DNA of 64,000 nucleotides, taken from Terriglobia bacterium (GTDB taxonomy: Bacteria; Acidobacteriota; Terriglobia; 2-12-FULL-54-10). The stretch covers positions 921,038 through 985,037 of the forward strand of contig OZ240237.1 of assembly GCA_965198025.1 (NCBI GenBank), written 5' to 3'. Position 1 is the first letter of the stretch. Each line of letters begins with the position of its first letter. The position numbers were made by a program, and so were the translations under genes. The notes below the pieces were generated by a model, which was given only the letters and a program-made list of their open reading frames with translations, was not told the DNA's origin and searched no databases. Shown in pieces: positions 28,957 to 40,042 of the stretch.

Positions 28957-30261
28957 CTACCTCTGAATCTCTCCTCCATGAATGGCCTCGTCGTTGGGGA
29001 GGTCCGTGGAAGCGTTCTGAACGGTGCCATCCCGGAGAACGCGCCAAGTCATGATGTAGGCGCGGTTGGCGCGGCGGGGAATTTGGTTGCAGTCCTGGCC
29101 CATCACATCCGTACAGGCCGGGCTGAGGTCGGTGTCCCAGTTCTTTGCGAGTTCCGTTGCCGAAGGCTGCACGGTTCCATGTTCATCAGTGCAACGGGAC
29201 TGGAGATTCGCCTCCTCGCCGTTCCAGGTCCACGGGAAGCGGAAGCGCGTATGAGCGAATCGCAGTACCGGCTCCTGTAGCTGGGCGTCGTTCCAGGTCC
29301 GCCCGCCGTCGGTAGAAACCTCGACCCGGCGGACAGCGCCGCCCCCGGACCAAGCCAGCCCGGAGATTTCATGCCGCCCGGGGCCGCGCAACTGATGTCC
29401 GGCGGTCGGGTACGTAATGACGGACTTCGCGTACATCGAGAAATGCCACTCGATCGCCTTGCCGCTGGCGAGCAGGAACGCGCCTTCGCCCGCCGGTGTG
29501 TGCTCCATATAGGAGGTCCGGTCCTGTTTGGTCATATAGGGTTGATCGACGACCTTGAGCCGGTTCAGCCACTTCACATTGATCCGGCCGCCGTAGCCGG
29601 GCAGCAGCAGCCGCAAGGGGTAGCCCTGACCGAGCCGCAACGCCTCGCCGTTCTGCCCGTAGACCACCAGGCCGTCAGCCATGGCCTTCGCCATCGGTAT
29701 GGCGCTGGCATGGTTGCTCGAGTCGGCTGATCCCGCCACCAGCCACTTTGCGCCGCCCCGCACGCCGACTTCCTGCATCAGCAGCGACAGCGTGACCCCG
29801 GTCCATTCCGCGCAACTGGTCAGTCCGTGCGCCTCCTGGATGTCTTTTGCCACCTTAACCCGGTTCGGATTACCGTTGGCGTTGCATTCGAGATAATGAA
29901 TCCGCGTCACCGAGGGCAGCTGCTTCAGTTCCGCCATCGTCAGGACCAGCGGGCGGTCCACCATGCCGAAGATCGTCAGCGTATGCTCCTCCGGTTTGAT
30001 GTTCGGGAGGTAGCCCTGCTCGTGATTCATGTAGAAATGGAGGTGCGACGGCGTGATGATTCCATGCAAGTCCTGCAACGGAGTCGTGGCGCGGGTCACA
30101 GGGCCCGAGCGCGCCAGTTGTTCATAGGGGGAAATATCGTTGCTCGCGAGGTCCGAAGGCTGCTGGGCGCCGGCGGGCCGAACGCCTCCTACCGCTGCCA
30201 CCCCCAATGCTGCAGCGCTGCCCTTCAAGAATCGTCTCCTGCCGGATTGCTTGGAATTCAT
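28957..30261 (-). CDS. sorA: sulfite dehydrogenase/oxidase molybdopterin subunit (Tat-exported)
   Basis: RRRFLKG twin-arginine signal. Sulfite-oxidase Moco domain plus a dimerisation domain. Confidence 0.8.
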   Translation of the reverse strand: MNSKQSGRRRFLKGSAAALGVAAVGGVRPAGAQQPSDLASNDISPYEQLARSGPVTRATTPLQDLHGIITPSHLHFYMNHEQGYLPNIKPEEHTLTIFGMVDRPLVLTMAELKQLPSVTRIHYLECNANGNPNRVKVAKDIQEAHGLTSCAEWTGVTLSLLMQEVGVRGGAKWLVAGSADSSNHASAIPMAKAMADGLVVYGQNGEALRLGQGYPLRLLLPGYGGRINVKWLNRLKVVDQPYMTKQDRTSYMEHTPAGEGAFLLASGKAIEWHFSMYAKSVITYPTAGHQLRGPGRHEISGLAWSGGGAVRRVEVSTDGGRTWNDAQLQEPVLRFAHTRFRFPWTWNGEEANLQSRCTDEHGTVQPSATELAKNWDTDLSPACTDVMGQDCNQIPRRANRAYIMTWRVLRDGTVQNASTDLPNDEAIHGGEIQR

Positions 30262-30380
30262 AATTCCCTCCTCCAGGCTGGTTGTATGCGGATCGTTCCG
30301 CGTCTTTGACTTACAGTGGCTTGCGATATGGCTTTCTGTTTCCGCCGTCCCCCAACTTATATGCTACGCCGCTCTCGCTG

Positions 30381-32312
30381 TCAAGACTTGATTCCTGGCC
30401 TTTCAGGGCCGGGGGATGCAGAAGATTCGCTTTGCTCAGATGCCGTATCAGAAAGGGCGTTTGATGCGAAGAGCTTACCCCACCACAGCGTGACGCTGGC
30501 AATGCCTGCCAGCAGATAGAACCACGAGTAGGTGGCAGAGCTGGATGGATTCGGCAGGATCAGTCTTCCGAATCCGACCAGCAGCAGGTAGACGGACAAA
30601 CTTACGGCAACGGTCAGATAGGCGCCCCGCCGAAACGCCGCCATGGGACGCTGTATATCCCCGCCGGACTTCTGCGCGGTCCGCTTCCAGAACCCAGGCG
30701 GATCAACCCGCCGATAGAATTCCACTAGCACGCTCTCTTCTGTGGGCCGGGTCAGCAGCGTTACAGCAACCACGACCACTGTTGCAATCGAGGACATGAG
30801 CAACAATCGCAGCCATTCTTCTGCGACCGTAAACAAGAGAACCGGAGCCAGGAGCAGCGAGACGGCAATCGCCGAGATCTCCGAATAAAGGTTGGTGCGT
30901 TCCCAGAGCCAGCGCAGCACGAGCACCGCGCCCGTTCCCGCTCCGAACAGGAGCGTTACGGTCCAGGCGGTTTGGATGGACTGCAGGTTCGCCATGATGA
31001 TGAGGGCCACTGCCAGGATCACGACGTTGGAGAGCCGCGCAGCCAATACCTGCTCCGAGGTGGAAGGCTCGCGTTTGAGCCATTCGCGGTTGAGAATCCG
31101 CAGATAGAGGTCGTTGCTCCAGTAGGAGGCTCCCCAGGTCAGGTGCGTATCAATCGTGGAAGCAAGTGCCGCCAGCAGGCCGGTCAGCACGAGGCCTTGC
31201 AACCCGGTGGGCAGGAGGTCCCGGATGCCTGTCGCATAGAGAAGTTCTCTTTCGGCTACGAATGCTTCGCCGCTGGCCTGCGCCGCATCGAACGGGTAGA
31301 GGACCAGCAAGCCGACGCCGATTACCAGCCAGATCAGACTGCGAAGCAGGATTTGCAGCCAGGTAAACAAGAATGCGGCCATGCGGGCGTCCCGGTCTGA
31401 CTGGCAGGCCATCATTCTCTGGGCGAAGTAGCCGGTGCCGTCACTATTGCGCTCGAAAAACCATTGCAGGCTAACGACCACTAGAAACGGCATGAGCAGT
31501 TCCTCCGTGCTGGGAGCGAAGGAAAGAAACCGGCTCGCCTGAGCCGCGCCATATTGCTCGACGAGGCTTTCCACGATGCGACCGATGCCGCCGGATTGCG
31601 CAACAACGATGATTGCGTAGATCAACGTTCCCATCATGGCAATGGCGAACTGCACTGTGTCGGTGGCGATCACGGATCGCAGGCCGCCGGTGGTCGAATA
31701 CAATGCCGTGAAACCGATGATCAGGAAAATGCTGAACAGGTTGTTCGTTGTCGCCACGTAGGTTTCAAGACCCGCCGCGCCTGAGGCCAGCGGAACCCCG
31801 ACCCATTCGACGAGGTTTAGAATCGGCTGGTAGAATCCGGCGGGCAGCCACTCATGCCAGGGAAGAAACACTTCGCTGATGCGCGTCGCGGCGACCAGGA
31901 CCATGGCCATGATGGTGCAATTCATCACTGTGCCGTAATAGAGGGCCTTGAGCCCGCGCAGCAGCAGGACACCGCGGCCGCTATAGCGCAGCTCGGTGAG
32001 TTCGGCGTCCGTGAGAACGCGCGCGCGGCGCCAACTCCGTCCCAAAAGGAACCCGATCATCAGGAATCCCAAGCCGTAGATCCACAGCCGCCAAAGCATG
32101 AAGATGCCGCCGGTTGCGATCAATCCCGCGACCAAAAGCGGAGTGTCGGCGGCAAACTGCGTGGCTGCCAGGCTGACCCCCGCGCGCCAGCCCTTTACTG
32201 ACCGCCCAGCCAGAAAATATTCTTCGAGATTTTCGGAAGCTTTGGATTGATTGCGAAAGCCGTTGCTGACGCTGTAGACGATGAACGCAACTACGATGAG
32301 TACATCCAGCAT
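30381..32312 (-). CDS. sodium:solute symporter (SSS) family transporter
   Basis: 643 aa, multi-TM SLC5-like. Confidence 0.8.
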   Translation of the reverse strand: MLDVLIVVAFIVYSVSNGFRNQSKASENLEEYFLAGRSVKGWRAGVSLAATQFAADTPLLVAGLIATGGIFMLWRLWIYGLGFLMIGFLLGRSWRRARVLTDAELTELRYSGRGVLLLRGLKALYYGTVMNCTIMAMVLVAATRISEVFLPWHEWLPAGFYQPILNLVEWVGVPLASGAAGLETYVATTNNLFSIFLIIGFTALYSTTGGLRSVIATDTVQFAIAMMGTLIYAIIVVAQSGGIGRIVESLVEQYGAAQASRFLSFAPSTEELLMPFLVVVSLQWFFERNSDGTGYFAQRMMACQSDRDARMAAFLFTWLQILLRSLIWLVIGVGLLVLYPFDAAQASGEAFVAERELLYATGIRDLLPTGLQGLVLTGLLAALASTIDTHLTWGASYWSNDLYLRILNREWLKREPSTSEQVLAARLSNVVILAVALIIMANLQSIQTAWTVTLLFGAGTGAVLVLRWLWERTNLYSEISAIAVSLLLAPVLLFTVAEEWLRLLLMSSIATVVVVAVTLLTRPTEESVLVEFYRRVDPPGFWKRTAQKSGGDIQRPMAAFRRGAYLTVAVSLSVYLLLVGFGRLILPNPSSSATYSWFYLLAGIASVTLWWGKLFASNALSDTASEQSESSASPGPERPGIKS

Positions 32313-32330
32313 GGCGCTCGAGGGATTCTA

Positions 32331-32395
32331 GACCATTTTCAGCGTTGCCGTATGGCCCGCAAGTAGTGACAGGCCTCCGGTGGGGTTCCAGAGCT
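32331..32395. repeat. MITE-like element copy B (left TIR half only; truncated)
   Basis: gaccattttcagcgttgccgtatggcccgcaagtagtgacaggcctccgg, then diverges. Confidence 0.6.
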
Positions 32396-32404
32396 TCCGA
32401 TTCC

Positions 32405-32475
32405 AAGAAAAACGCCGTTTTCGGCGTTTTTCGGTTCCTGCGGCAGATTCGGTTCTTGCGGTTCCTTCCGTTCCT
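32405..32475. repeat. CCGAARGAA 9-bp tandem repeat module (copy 2, inverted orientation, 6 units)
   Basis: The reverse complement reads ccgaaggaacggaaggaaccgcaagaaccgaatctgccgcaggaaccgaaaaacgccgaa. Confidence 0.5.
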
Positions 32476-32722
32476 TCGGAATACCAAATTCACTATAAAA
32501 ACACTAAAAAAAGGGGCGTTTCGGGCCTTGCGGACGGTGCATGGGCGGGGCCGGCGGCAAAGGGAACCAGTCCTGGTAGACGATTTCAGACGACCAGACA
32601 GGAGGAACTTCCAAGAATGCCGTTTCGGATTCCAAGCAGTTACGTCTGCTGGGATGGAGGGGGTGCCCCGCGAAAGCCCTCTAAAGAGGACCTTCGCGGG
32701 GGTTATTTTCAAATTGCCTTGG

Positions 32723-35700
32723 CTAGAAGATGAACTTCATGCCGAACTGGATCTGCCGGGCAGCGCCGAGGGTTTCCGAAATCTGGCCCGCTTCGCCGTT
32801 CCACTCTCCCCCTGACGTAATCACAGCCTCTACCGGCTCTCCGAAATTGGCCCGGTTGAGGAGATTGAAGAACTCCGCTCGAAATTGAACGCTTGTGTTT
32901 TCCGTCGTGGTGAAGTTCTTGAAGACCGAGAAGTCGAACTGGGCCAGGCCCGGAGAAGTGAACGTGTTCCTGCCCACATTGCCGAAGAATCCCGGCTGGT
33001 GGTCCGGGTCACCCGGACGGCAGAACTGACCGCCCACGCAGGAGCCGGGGATGAACTGGGTGGGGTCAAACCACTGGTTCACGTTGCCCGTTACCGGGTT
33101 GTTATTGCCGCCCGGGATGAGATTCGGCGTCAACAGGTCATTCTGCCCGATCGCGTCATCCTGTGCAGAGCTGTTATCAATGACCGTAAGCGGGTGGCCA
33201 TCGGTGAGTGTCAAGATGCCGTTCACCTGCCAGCCTCCCAGCAGCGCCCCCGCGGCTCCGTCTAAATTGCCTGCTGGAAGATTCCACGTCCAGTTGGAGA
33301 CGATGTTATTCCGGATGTCGTGGGAGGAAAGCGCCCGCTTCCTGTGCAGATCGTACAGATAGACCCCGCGTTGGCCTTGGGGAAGATTATCCCCGCTGCT
33401 GGTGATCCCGGAACCCATGTCAATGGTCTTGGCGAACTGGTAGGCAACCTGCCACTGGAGGCCGCGAGTGAGCCGCTGTGTCGCGCTGAGGGTCAGGCCG
33501 TGATGGTCCATGGTGGCCGCGGGAATCTGAGGCCGGAAAACACCGAAATTGGGGTGGATCAGACCCAGAGACTCATCAAAGTACTTGAACTGCCCGGGCG
33601 TCGGATTGGTGGGCCATACGCTCGCTTGTGTGTCCGGGCCGCAAGCAGCGTGCGTAGGACAGTTGCGCCATCGGCTTAGCTCGCCGCGCTCCATGATCCA
33701 CAGGTGCACGCCGCGCGATCCGGTGTAGCCGGCCGAAACCAGCCAACTCGTGCCCAGTTCCCGCTGCACGTTCATGCTCCACCGCGTGACATAGCTACTT
33801 TCTTGGTTGTATTGCTGGGGGCGAATATCCGGACGTGGATTCGCAGTGAGGAAATCGGTCTGCGTGAAGTAGGCATCCGGGAACTGCAGCTTCGTTCCCG
33901 GCGGCACTCCGGGCACTCGTCGGACATTTCCCCGACTGTCGGCATCAACCCGCGTTGCCAGAAGGAACGGCGGAGTGATGGCGAAAGAGGTTCGGATGTG
34001 GTAGTACCGCGGATGGTCGTAGAAGATGCCGAACCCGGCTCGCACCGAGGTTCTCTGATTCCCCGGAGCCCAGGCAAATCCCACGCGCGGGCTGAAGCTT
34101 TTCGTCGTGGGATTGTTCGCGAAGACCGGCCCGATGGTGACCCGGTCGTCGTTATAGTCGCGCAAAGCTCCGCTGGCGCCGTTGACCTCCCTGGGAATGG
34201 TGGAAAAGGAATACCGCAGTCCCAGGTTCAGCGTGAGCGAGGGACGAACCCTCCAGTCGTCCTGAAAATAGACGCCGAAGGCACTTTGCTTCGCGTCGTG
34301 TTGATGCCGCCTCCCGAAGGGGCCGCTAAACTCCCAACCCGGCTCGACAGGGTAACTATCCACGTCGACTAACTCCCCCGGCAGCTGCACCGTGAACCGT
34401 CGGGGCCGGTTGCGCAAAAGATCCGGGAAAGATCTCCATTCCCAGAGTCCGTTAACGGCAGCGCCCTGGTTGTTCTGGTCCATGATAAAGCGATCAAAGA
34501 GCGCCCCGAACTTCAGCGAGTGGTCCCCGCGGGTGAGCGAAAAGTTGTTCGCGAAGGTAAATTGTTCCTGCTGGTAGTGGGAGCCGTTGACCCGCCATCC
34601 GATAGAGTCCACCTCTCCAGGACTATTGATCTGGCCCATGAGGCCCAGGGGATCATCGTTGAACACCAGGTCGCCGAAGTCTCGACTGACGATGGGAATT
34701 TCGCCCGCCGGGTGGGTCTTTGTAAAGCCGAATTTGAGCACATTGAGAGCGGTCGGAGAAAGGATGCTGGTGAGGGAGACCGAAACAGAATCTCTCGCGC
34801 CTTGCAACGCTTCGCTCCCGCTGTTCTCACTGTCCCCGCTGATATCCCCGAGCAACCCGAACCGAGACCGCTCACTTCTCACATAGTTCCAGGTTCCCGT
34901 CAGGAAACCCAGTTTCTGGTTGGCAAATTGGTGGTCTATCTTCGTGCTGACATAGTCTTCCCGGGTGGTCTCTGCCGTCGTGCCGGCCAGCAACAGCGTC
35001 CCGTCTCCGTAATCTCTCACCACCGAATTGCCTTGGCCGGGAATGGGGTACAACGCCATATAGGGCACAACTGCCGGGTCAACCTCGTACGTCGCGTCCG
35101 GAAAAATCCCCATCCGGGCATTCAGGGTGGGCATCCGGACCGAGTCCGTCTGGGGTCTTCGTTCCCGCAAGCCCTCGTAGCTGGAAAAGAAGAACGTTCG
35201 ATCCCGCAGAATCGGACCTCCCACCGCTCCGCCGAACTGGTTGCGCTTGAACTCCGGCTTGGGGGTTCCGAAGGAGTTGTCAAAGAAATTGGCGGCGTCC
35301 AGGTTGTCGTTGCGCAGGAACTCAAAGAGCGAGCCGTGCACCGCATTGGTCCCGGATTTGGTCACCATGCTGATAATGGCCCCGGCCGCGCTCTGGTATT
35401 CGGCCGAGTAATTGTTGGTGATCACCTGGAATTCCTGAATCGTCTCCACCCCGGTGGAGCCTCCGCTGGCTCCGGCAATATTGCCGGAAAGGTCGCCGGT
35501 GGCCATCCCGTCGGCAAGGTAAAGGTTGTGGGTCTGGCGGCCTCCCGCGACGGAGAGCTTGTTCCCCTGGCCGCTGAAGACACCCTGGCGGTCGCTGGCG
35601 GGGACTTTGAGGACCCCGGGCTGCAAATAGGTTAGCGAGACCAGGTCGCGGTTGTTGAGCGGCAGGTCCAGCACCTGCTCCTCAGTGACCAGGTTCGACA

Positions 35701-36193
35701 CCGTGGCGGTGGTGGTCTCGACCAATGCCGCTTCGCCGGTCACGGTGACTGCCTGCGCCACTTCGCCCACTTGCAAGAGGTGGTTCACCACCGCGTTCCG
35801 GCCTACTGTCAACTGAATCCCGCTCCGGACGCTGGTCTGAAATCCTGGCAACGTCGCGCGGACTTCGTAATTGCCCAGGGGCAGGCTCAGAGCGTTATAC
35901 CGTCCGGTGGGACCGGTGGTCGTCGCGCGCGCGACCCCTGTTTCTGTGTTGGTAATCGTGATCGAAACGCCGGGGGCTGAGCCTCCGGATTGATCGGTTA
36001 CCGTTCCGGAAATTGTGCCCGTGGTTAGCTGAGCTGCCGCCACTGCGGCACAAAGGAGAAACAAGCTCAGGGCTAGACCTCGCCCAGCCCATGTGGGAAT
36101 TCCGAATCTTTCTTGGGCCATTGAGTCCTCCGTTTCTGACTTTCTGAGGCACGGGGGCTTTTCTGCGAAATGGATGCCCCTGGTGCGCGTCAT
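32723..36193 (-). CDS. TonB-dependent receptor with N-terminal CarboxypepD_reg-like domain (intact)
   Basis: 1156 aa with signal peptide, plug and barrel, ending ...IQFGMKFIF. Confidence 0.85.
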   Translation of the reverse strand: MTRTRGIHFAEKPPCLRKSETEDSMAQERFGIPTWAGRGLALSLFLLCAAVAAAQLTTGTISGTVTDQSGGSAPGVSITITNTETGVARATTTGPTGRYNALSLPLGNYEVRATLPGFQTSVRSGIQLTVGRNAVVNHLLQVGEVAQAVTVTGEAALVETTTATVSNLVTEEQVLDLPLNNRDLVSLTYLQPGVLKVPASDRQGVFSGQGNKLSVAGGRQTHNLYLADGMATGDLSGNIAGASGGSTGVETIQEFQVITNNYSAEYQSAAGAIISMVTKSGTNAVHGSLFEFLRNDNLDAANFFDNSFGTPKPEFKRNQFGGAVGGPILRDRTFFFSSYEGLRERRPQTDSVRMPTLNARMGIFPDATYEVDPAVVPYMALYPIPGQGNSVVRDYGDGTLLLAGTTAETTREDYVSTKIDHQFANQKLGFLTGTWNYVRSERSRFGLLGDISGDSENSGSEALQGARDSVSVSLTSILSPTALNVLKFGFTKTHPAGEIPIVSRDFGDLVFNDDPLGLMGQINSPGEVDSIGWRVNGSHYQQEQFTFANNFSLTRGDHSLKFGALFDRFIMDQNNQGAAVNGLWEWRSFPDLLRNRPRRFTVQLPGELVDVDSYPVEPGWEFSGPFGRRHQHDAKQSAFGVYFQDDWRVRPSLTLNLGLRYSFSTIPREVNGASGALRDYNDDRVTIGPVFANNPTTKSFSPRVGFAWAPGNQRTSVRAGFGIFYDHPRYYHIRTSFAITPPFLLATRVDADSRGNVRRVPGVPPGTKLQFPDAYFTQTDFLTANPRPDIRPQQYNQESSYVTRWSMNVQRELGTSWLVSAGYTGSRGVHLWIMERGELSRWRNCPTHAACGPDTQASVWPTNPTPGQFKYFDESLGLIHPNFGVFRPQIPAATMDHHGLTLSATQRLTRGLQWQVAYQFAKTIDMGSGITSSGDNLPQGQRGVYLYDLHRKRALSSHDIRNNIVSNWTWNLPAGNLDGAAGALLGGWQVNGILTLTDGHPLTVIDNSSAQDDAIGQNDLLTPNLIPGGNNNPVTGNVNQWFDPTQFIPGSCVGGQFCRPGDPDHQPGFFGNVGRNTFTSPGLAQFDFSVFKNFTTTENTSVQFRAEFFNLLNRANFGEPVEAVITSGGEWNGEAGQISETLGAARQIQFGMKFIF

Positions 36194-36673
36194 GTATCCT
36201 CGGTACCAGCCAGAGTCTGAGCAAAAAGCCTAATCCCCATTTCGGCCTCACCCAACCCGAACTGCGCCCGAATAAATCACTCGCGTTATTCTATGTCAAC
36301 TGCTGCCGATGATGCAATCAGATTCAGGGGGTATATTTGTCAAGCAGTTCCCCGAAAACTTCCGGTGCAAACCGCTATCTGTCCGGCTAGACGTCCAGGC
36401 CGTCCAGTTGGGGCCACCTACGAAACTACTCTTGTGAAAGAGCGTGCAAAACTTACGAGAATTTTGACAACGAAATCGGATGGATCGAGCTTACTTGGAT
36501 AAACTGGATGGAAGGATTGCTGAAGGTTTCTGGAAGCCGAAAAAGCGGAAGAACAGCGGGTTCTACTGGCACTCGACGGGCTACAAGAGGCCGACACAGA
36601 TCGGCATCCAACTGTACGGGGGACTTTGGAACTCGCGAATGAAGCAGGGTTTCCTTATGTTAAGAATAAGAAT

Positions 36674-36747
36674 TGGCTGGGAGGCAGGGATTCGAACCCC
36701 GATAGGCGGATCCAGAGTCCGCAGTCTTACCGTTAGACGACCTCCCA
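36674..36747 (-). tRNA. tRNA-Gln(CTG)
   Basis: 74-nt cloverleaf with acceptor TGGGAGG/CCTCCCA, D GTCT/AGAC, anticodon arm GCGGA-CTCTGGA-TCCGC, T-loop TTCGAAT, discriminator G and CCA. Confidence 0.9.
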
Positions 36748-36970
36748 ACCGGCTCGCCGAAAGCTTGCCGCGTTCGGCTGTGTTTCATTTGATTCTCCGA
36801 AATGCGCGTGGGGTTGTCAAGATTCGGATTACTTCGGAAGGAGTTGTTCCTATATGAGGACGAATACGCTGCAAAGGCTGTTTCATTGCAGTTTCTTGCG
36901 ATGGGGCTGCTGGAGGAGTGAACCGCCGACGCCGCCGGATTGGATATGGCATAATGAACCTCGAAACGGT

Positions 36971-37252
36971 ATGGAGATCCCCGACTGGCGGAAGAAGATC
37001 GACGAGTTGGACCGGGAGTTGGTTAAGCTCCTCAACGCGCGCGCGCGCTGCTCGGTCGAGATCGGCAAGATCAAGCGCCAGAACGGTCTGCCGATTCAGG
37101 AGCCGAACCGCGAGCAGGAGGTTTTGCAGCACGCCTTCGACGCCAACGAAGGGCCTCTCTCCGATCAAGCGATCCAGCGGGTGTTCGAGCGGATCGTGGA
37201 GGAGGGGAAGGTCTTGCAGAAGCGGCTGTTCGAGGGGCAGGAAAGAGAGTAG
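36971..37252 (+). CDS. chorismate mutase (AroQ class)
   Basis: MEIPDWRKKIDELDRELVKLLNARARCSVEIGKIKRQNGLPIQEPNREQEVL. Confidence 0.8.
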   Translation: MEIPDWRKKIDELDRELVKLLNARARCSVEIGKIKRQNGLPIQEPNREQEVLQHAFDANEGPLSDQAIQRVFERIVEEGKVLQKRLFEGQERE

Positions 37253-37330
37253 GGAGTGGGGAATGAGGAGTAGGGCGGAGAGCAGATCCTTCTCCCGCTG
37301 CGCGGGATCGGCAGGACACGTTCGATTTGG

Positions 37331-38233
37331 ATGGAGAGTCTTGGCAGTATGCGTGAAGAGGCGCTCGGGAAAATTCGGCAAGTTACGATCTGCGGAGTTG
37401 GGCTGATCGGCGGTTCGTTCGGGCTGGCGCTCAAGAAGGCCGGGTTCACTGGCCGGGTGGTGGGTTACGGGCGTCCGGCAACAATGGAACGAGCGCAGCG
37501 GCGCGGGGCAATTGACTACGGCTCGTCGAATCTGGCCGAAGCCGTCGCGGATGCGGACCTGGTGTACCTTGCCGCCCCGATTCTGACGATCCTGGAGTTG
37601 ATGGGGCAACTGCCTCCGCTCGTGAAGGAAGGGTGCTTGGTGACTGATGCCGGGAGCACCAAGGCCGTGATTTGCGACAAGGGAATGGAACTGTTTCCCG
37701 GGCCGCCGTGGTTCGTGGGGGGACATCCCATTGCGGGGAAGGAAAGCGCCGGCGTGGAGAACGCGGACGCGGATTTGTTTCGAGGAGCCCGCTACGCGCT
37801 GACACCCTACAGCCGCCATCACCTCGATGAACCCGCGGCTCGCTTGTTCACGGCATGGCTCGACCGCATCGGGGCGAGGGTACTGATCCTGGACGCGGAA
37901 TTGCATGACGAAATTGTCGCGTGGACCAGTCATTTGCCCCAGTTGGTCTCGACCGGACTGGCCGTTGCGGTGATGGAAAACGTCAAGCTTCCGGAGGACC
38001 TGGAACTGTCCGGGGGCGGGCTGCGGGACGCTTCGCGCCTCGCCGACAGCCGATATACTGTCTGGCGGGACATTTGCCTGACCAATACGGAGAACCTGGA
38101 GCGGACGCTCTCCACCTGCATTCAGACGCTGGAACACATGCGGGACAACTTGCGTACCCGAGAAATCGAGCGGATGTTCGACCGTGCGAACGCATTGCGC
38201 AAGCGGCTGCAGTCGCCCACTTTGGTAAAATGA
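37331..38233 (+). CDS. tyrA: prephenate dehydrogenase
   Basis: Rossmann fold GVGLIGGSFGLALK plus the PDH C-terminal domain. Confidence 0.85.
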   Translation: MESLGSMREEALGKIRQVTICGVGLIGGSFGLALKKAGFTGRVVGYGRPATMERAQRRGAIDYGSSNLAEAVADADLVYLAAPILTILELMGQLPPLVKEGCLVTDAGSTKAVICDKGMELFPGPPWFVGGHPIAGKESAGVENADADLFRGARYALTPYSRHHLDEPAARLFTAWLDRIGARVLILDAELHDEIVAWTSHLPQLVSTGLAVAVMENVKLPEDLELSGGGLRDASRLADSRYTVWRDICLTNTENLERTLSTCIQTLEHMRDNLRTREIERMFDRANALRKRLQSPTLVK

Positions 38234-38636
38234 TCGGCTTCGTCCGGCTAGCGCAGCGGCGGGACGGGCTGAAGCAGAAAAGACGCCGGATAGGAAACCC
38301 GATCGATCGTCATTTTGAGTTCAAACAATCCGCGGGAGAAGATTGGGGGCAAGCTCGTCGCGCCAACCGGGGCCAGTATCACGATCCAGGAGGTTCGACC
38401 GGAACTCGTTCAACGACTGGATGCGCCAGGTAGCGGACACCGAGCCTGAGCTGATCACATTGGCGACGGTGTTCTGTCCAATGCATCGCGTCGAGCGGGT
38501 TGCGCAAGGCGAGCCGAGCTGCGATTTCCCGTCACTGGCGGGACGGATTGAAGACCGCATCGGAGTTCGTTGGTCGAGTTCCTCCACATGCCTCGCAAGG
38601 TGCTGTAAGGCTTGAAGAAACTCTTGGTGGAGTTCT

Positions 38637-39977
38637 ATGCCTGCTCTCAGTCCGCCAGGAGCATCCGCTAATCAGATGGAAACGAGAAGAAACGTGAATT
38701 TTGATCTACAGTCGGCTGAGTTTTGGGACCCGGAAGCCCTCAAGAAGGAAATGACGCGCGTGTATGACGTGTGCCACGGCTGCCGGGTTTGCTACCAGCT
38801 CTGTCCGTCGTTCGTCAAACTGTTCGAGGTGACCGATGACGTCGCCGGTGTGTTCGGCCAAGTGGAGGAATTGAGTGACCGGCAAATCCGGGATGTGGTG
38901 GACCTCTGCTACCAATGCAAGATTTGCGATCCCATCTGCCCGTATACGCCGCCGCACGAGCTGGACATGGACTTCCCGCGCACACTGGTGCGCTACAACC
39001 TGGTGCGGAAACGACAGGAAGGGAATACGCTCGCCGATTATGTTTTCGGCAACACTGACCTGATGGGGACGCTTGCGAGCTACGCCGCCCCAATCGTCAA
39101 CTGGGCCAACCGCAATCCGCTGTTGCGAGGTGCGCTGGAAGAATATTTGGGGGTCCATCGTGACCGGCAGTTGCCCGAGTTCCATTCGGAGACGTTTGCG
39201 AAGTGGGTTCGGAAGCATTCATCCCGGCCATCAGCATCTGGTGGCGGCCAGCAAGAGAAAGTCGCCTTGTTCTATAGCTGCATGGTCAATTACAACGACC
39301 CGGAAGTGGGCAAGGCCACGGTGGCGGTGTTCGAAAGGAACGGAGTGGAGTACTCGGTGCCGCAGCAACAATGCTGTGGGTTGCCGTTCGTGGACGCTGG
39401 GATGCCGGAGCAAGCGAAGAAGAAGATGGCGGTGAACGTGGAGTCACTGGGCCAGGCAGTCCGAGAAGGACGAAAGATCGTCGTGCCGAGCGCCAGTTGC
39501 AGCTACATGATCAAGCACGATTACCCGGCGTTCCTCCCGACGGCAGACGCCCAGTTGGTTTCCGAGAACACCTATGACGTGTCGGAATATCTGGTAAAGC
39601 TCCACGGGGAAGGGAAGCTCGATGTCGGCTTTACCCAGGATGTCGGCAAGCTGCGCTACCACCAGCCCTGCCACCTGATGGCGCAGGAAATGGGCGTCAA
39701 GTCGGAGGAACTGCTGAACCTGATTCCCGGTGCGGATGTCAACCGCCTCCAGGCGTGCAGCGGCCACGACGGTTCCTGGAGCGTCAAAAAGGAATACTTC
39801 GAGGAGTCCATGAAGGTCGGCAAGCCGCTCTTCAACTTCATGAAGGCCGATGCGGAGGCTTGCTGCGTTACCGATTGCCCGCTCTCGGCAATCCAAATCG
39901 AGCAAGGGACCGGCAAGAAGGCCGTCCATCCCATGCTCGTACTGGCGAAAGCTTACGGGCTGGAGGTCGGCAAGTAG
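38637..39977 (+). CDS. (Fe-S)-binding oxidoreductase, GlcF/GlpC-like (ferredoxin-type clusters plus two CCG domains)
   Basis: CHGCRVCYQLCP / CYQCKICDPICP and CCGLPF / CSGHDGSW motifs. Confidence 0.7.
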   Translation: MPALSPPGASANQMETRRNVNFDLQSAEFWDPEALKKEMTRVYDVCHGCRVCYQLCPSFVKLFEVTDDVAGVFGQVEELSDRQIRDVVDLCYQCKICDPICPYTPPHELDMDFPRTLVRYNLVRKRQEGNTLADYVFGNTDLMGTLASYAAPIVNWANRNPLLRGALEEYLGVHRDRQLPEFHSETFAKWVRKHSSRPSASGGGQQEKVALFYSCMVNYNDPEVGKATVAVFERNGVEYSVPQQQCCGLPFVDAGMPEQAKKKMAVNVESLGQAVREGRKIVVPSASCSYMIKHDYPAFLPTADAQLVSENTYDVSEYLVKLHGEGKLDVGFTQDVGKLRYHQPCHLMAQEMGVKSEELLNLIPGADVNRLQACSGHDGSWSVKKEYFEESMKVGKPLFNFMKADAEACCVTDCPLSAIQIEQGTGKKAVHPMLVLAKAYGLEVGK

Positions 39978-40042
39978 TCGAGAGCCGGCAATAGGATACT
40001 CGTGGACGGATTCGCCTGGATCCGCAGGTGAGGCAATGCACC

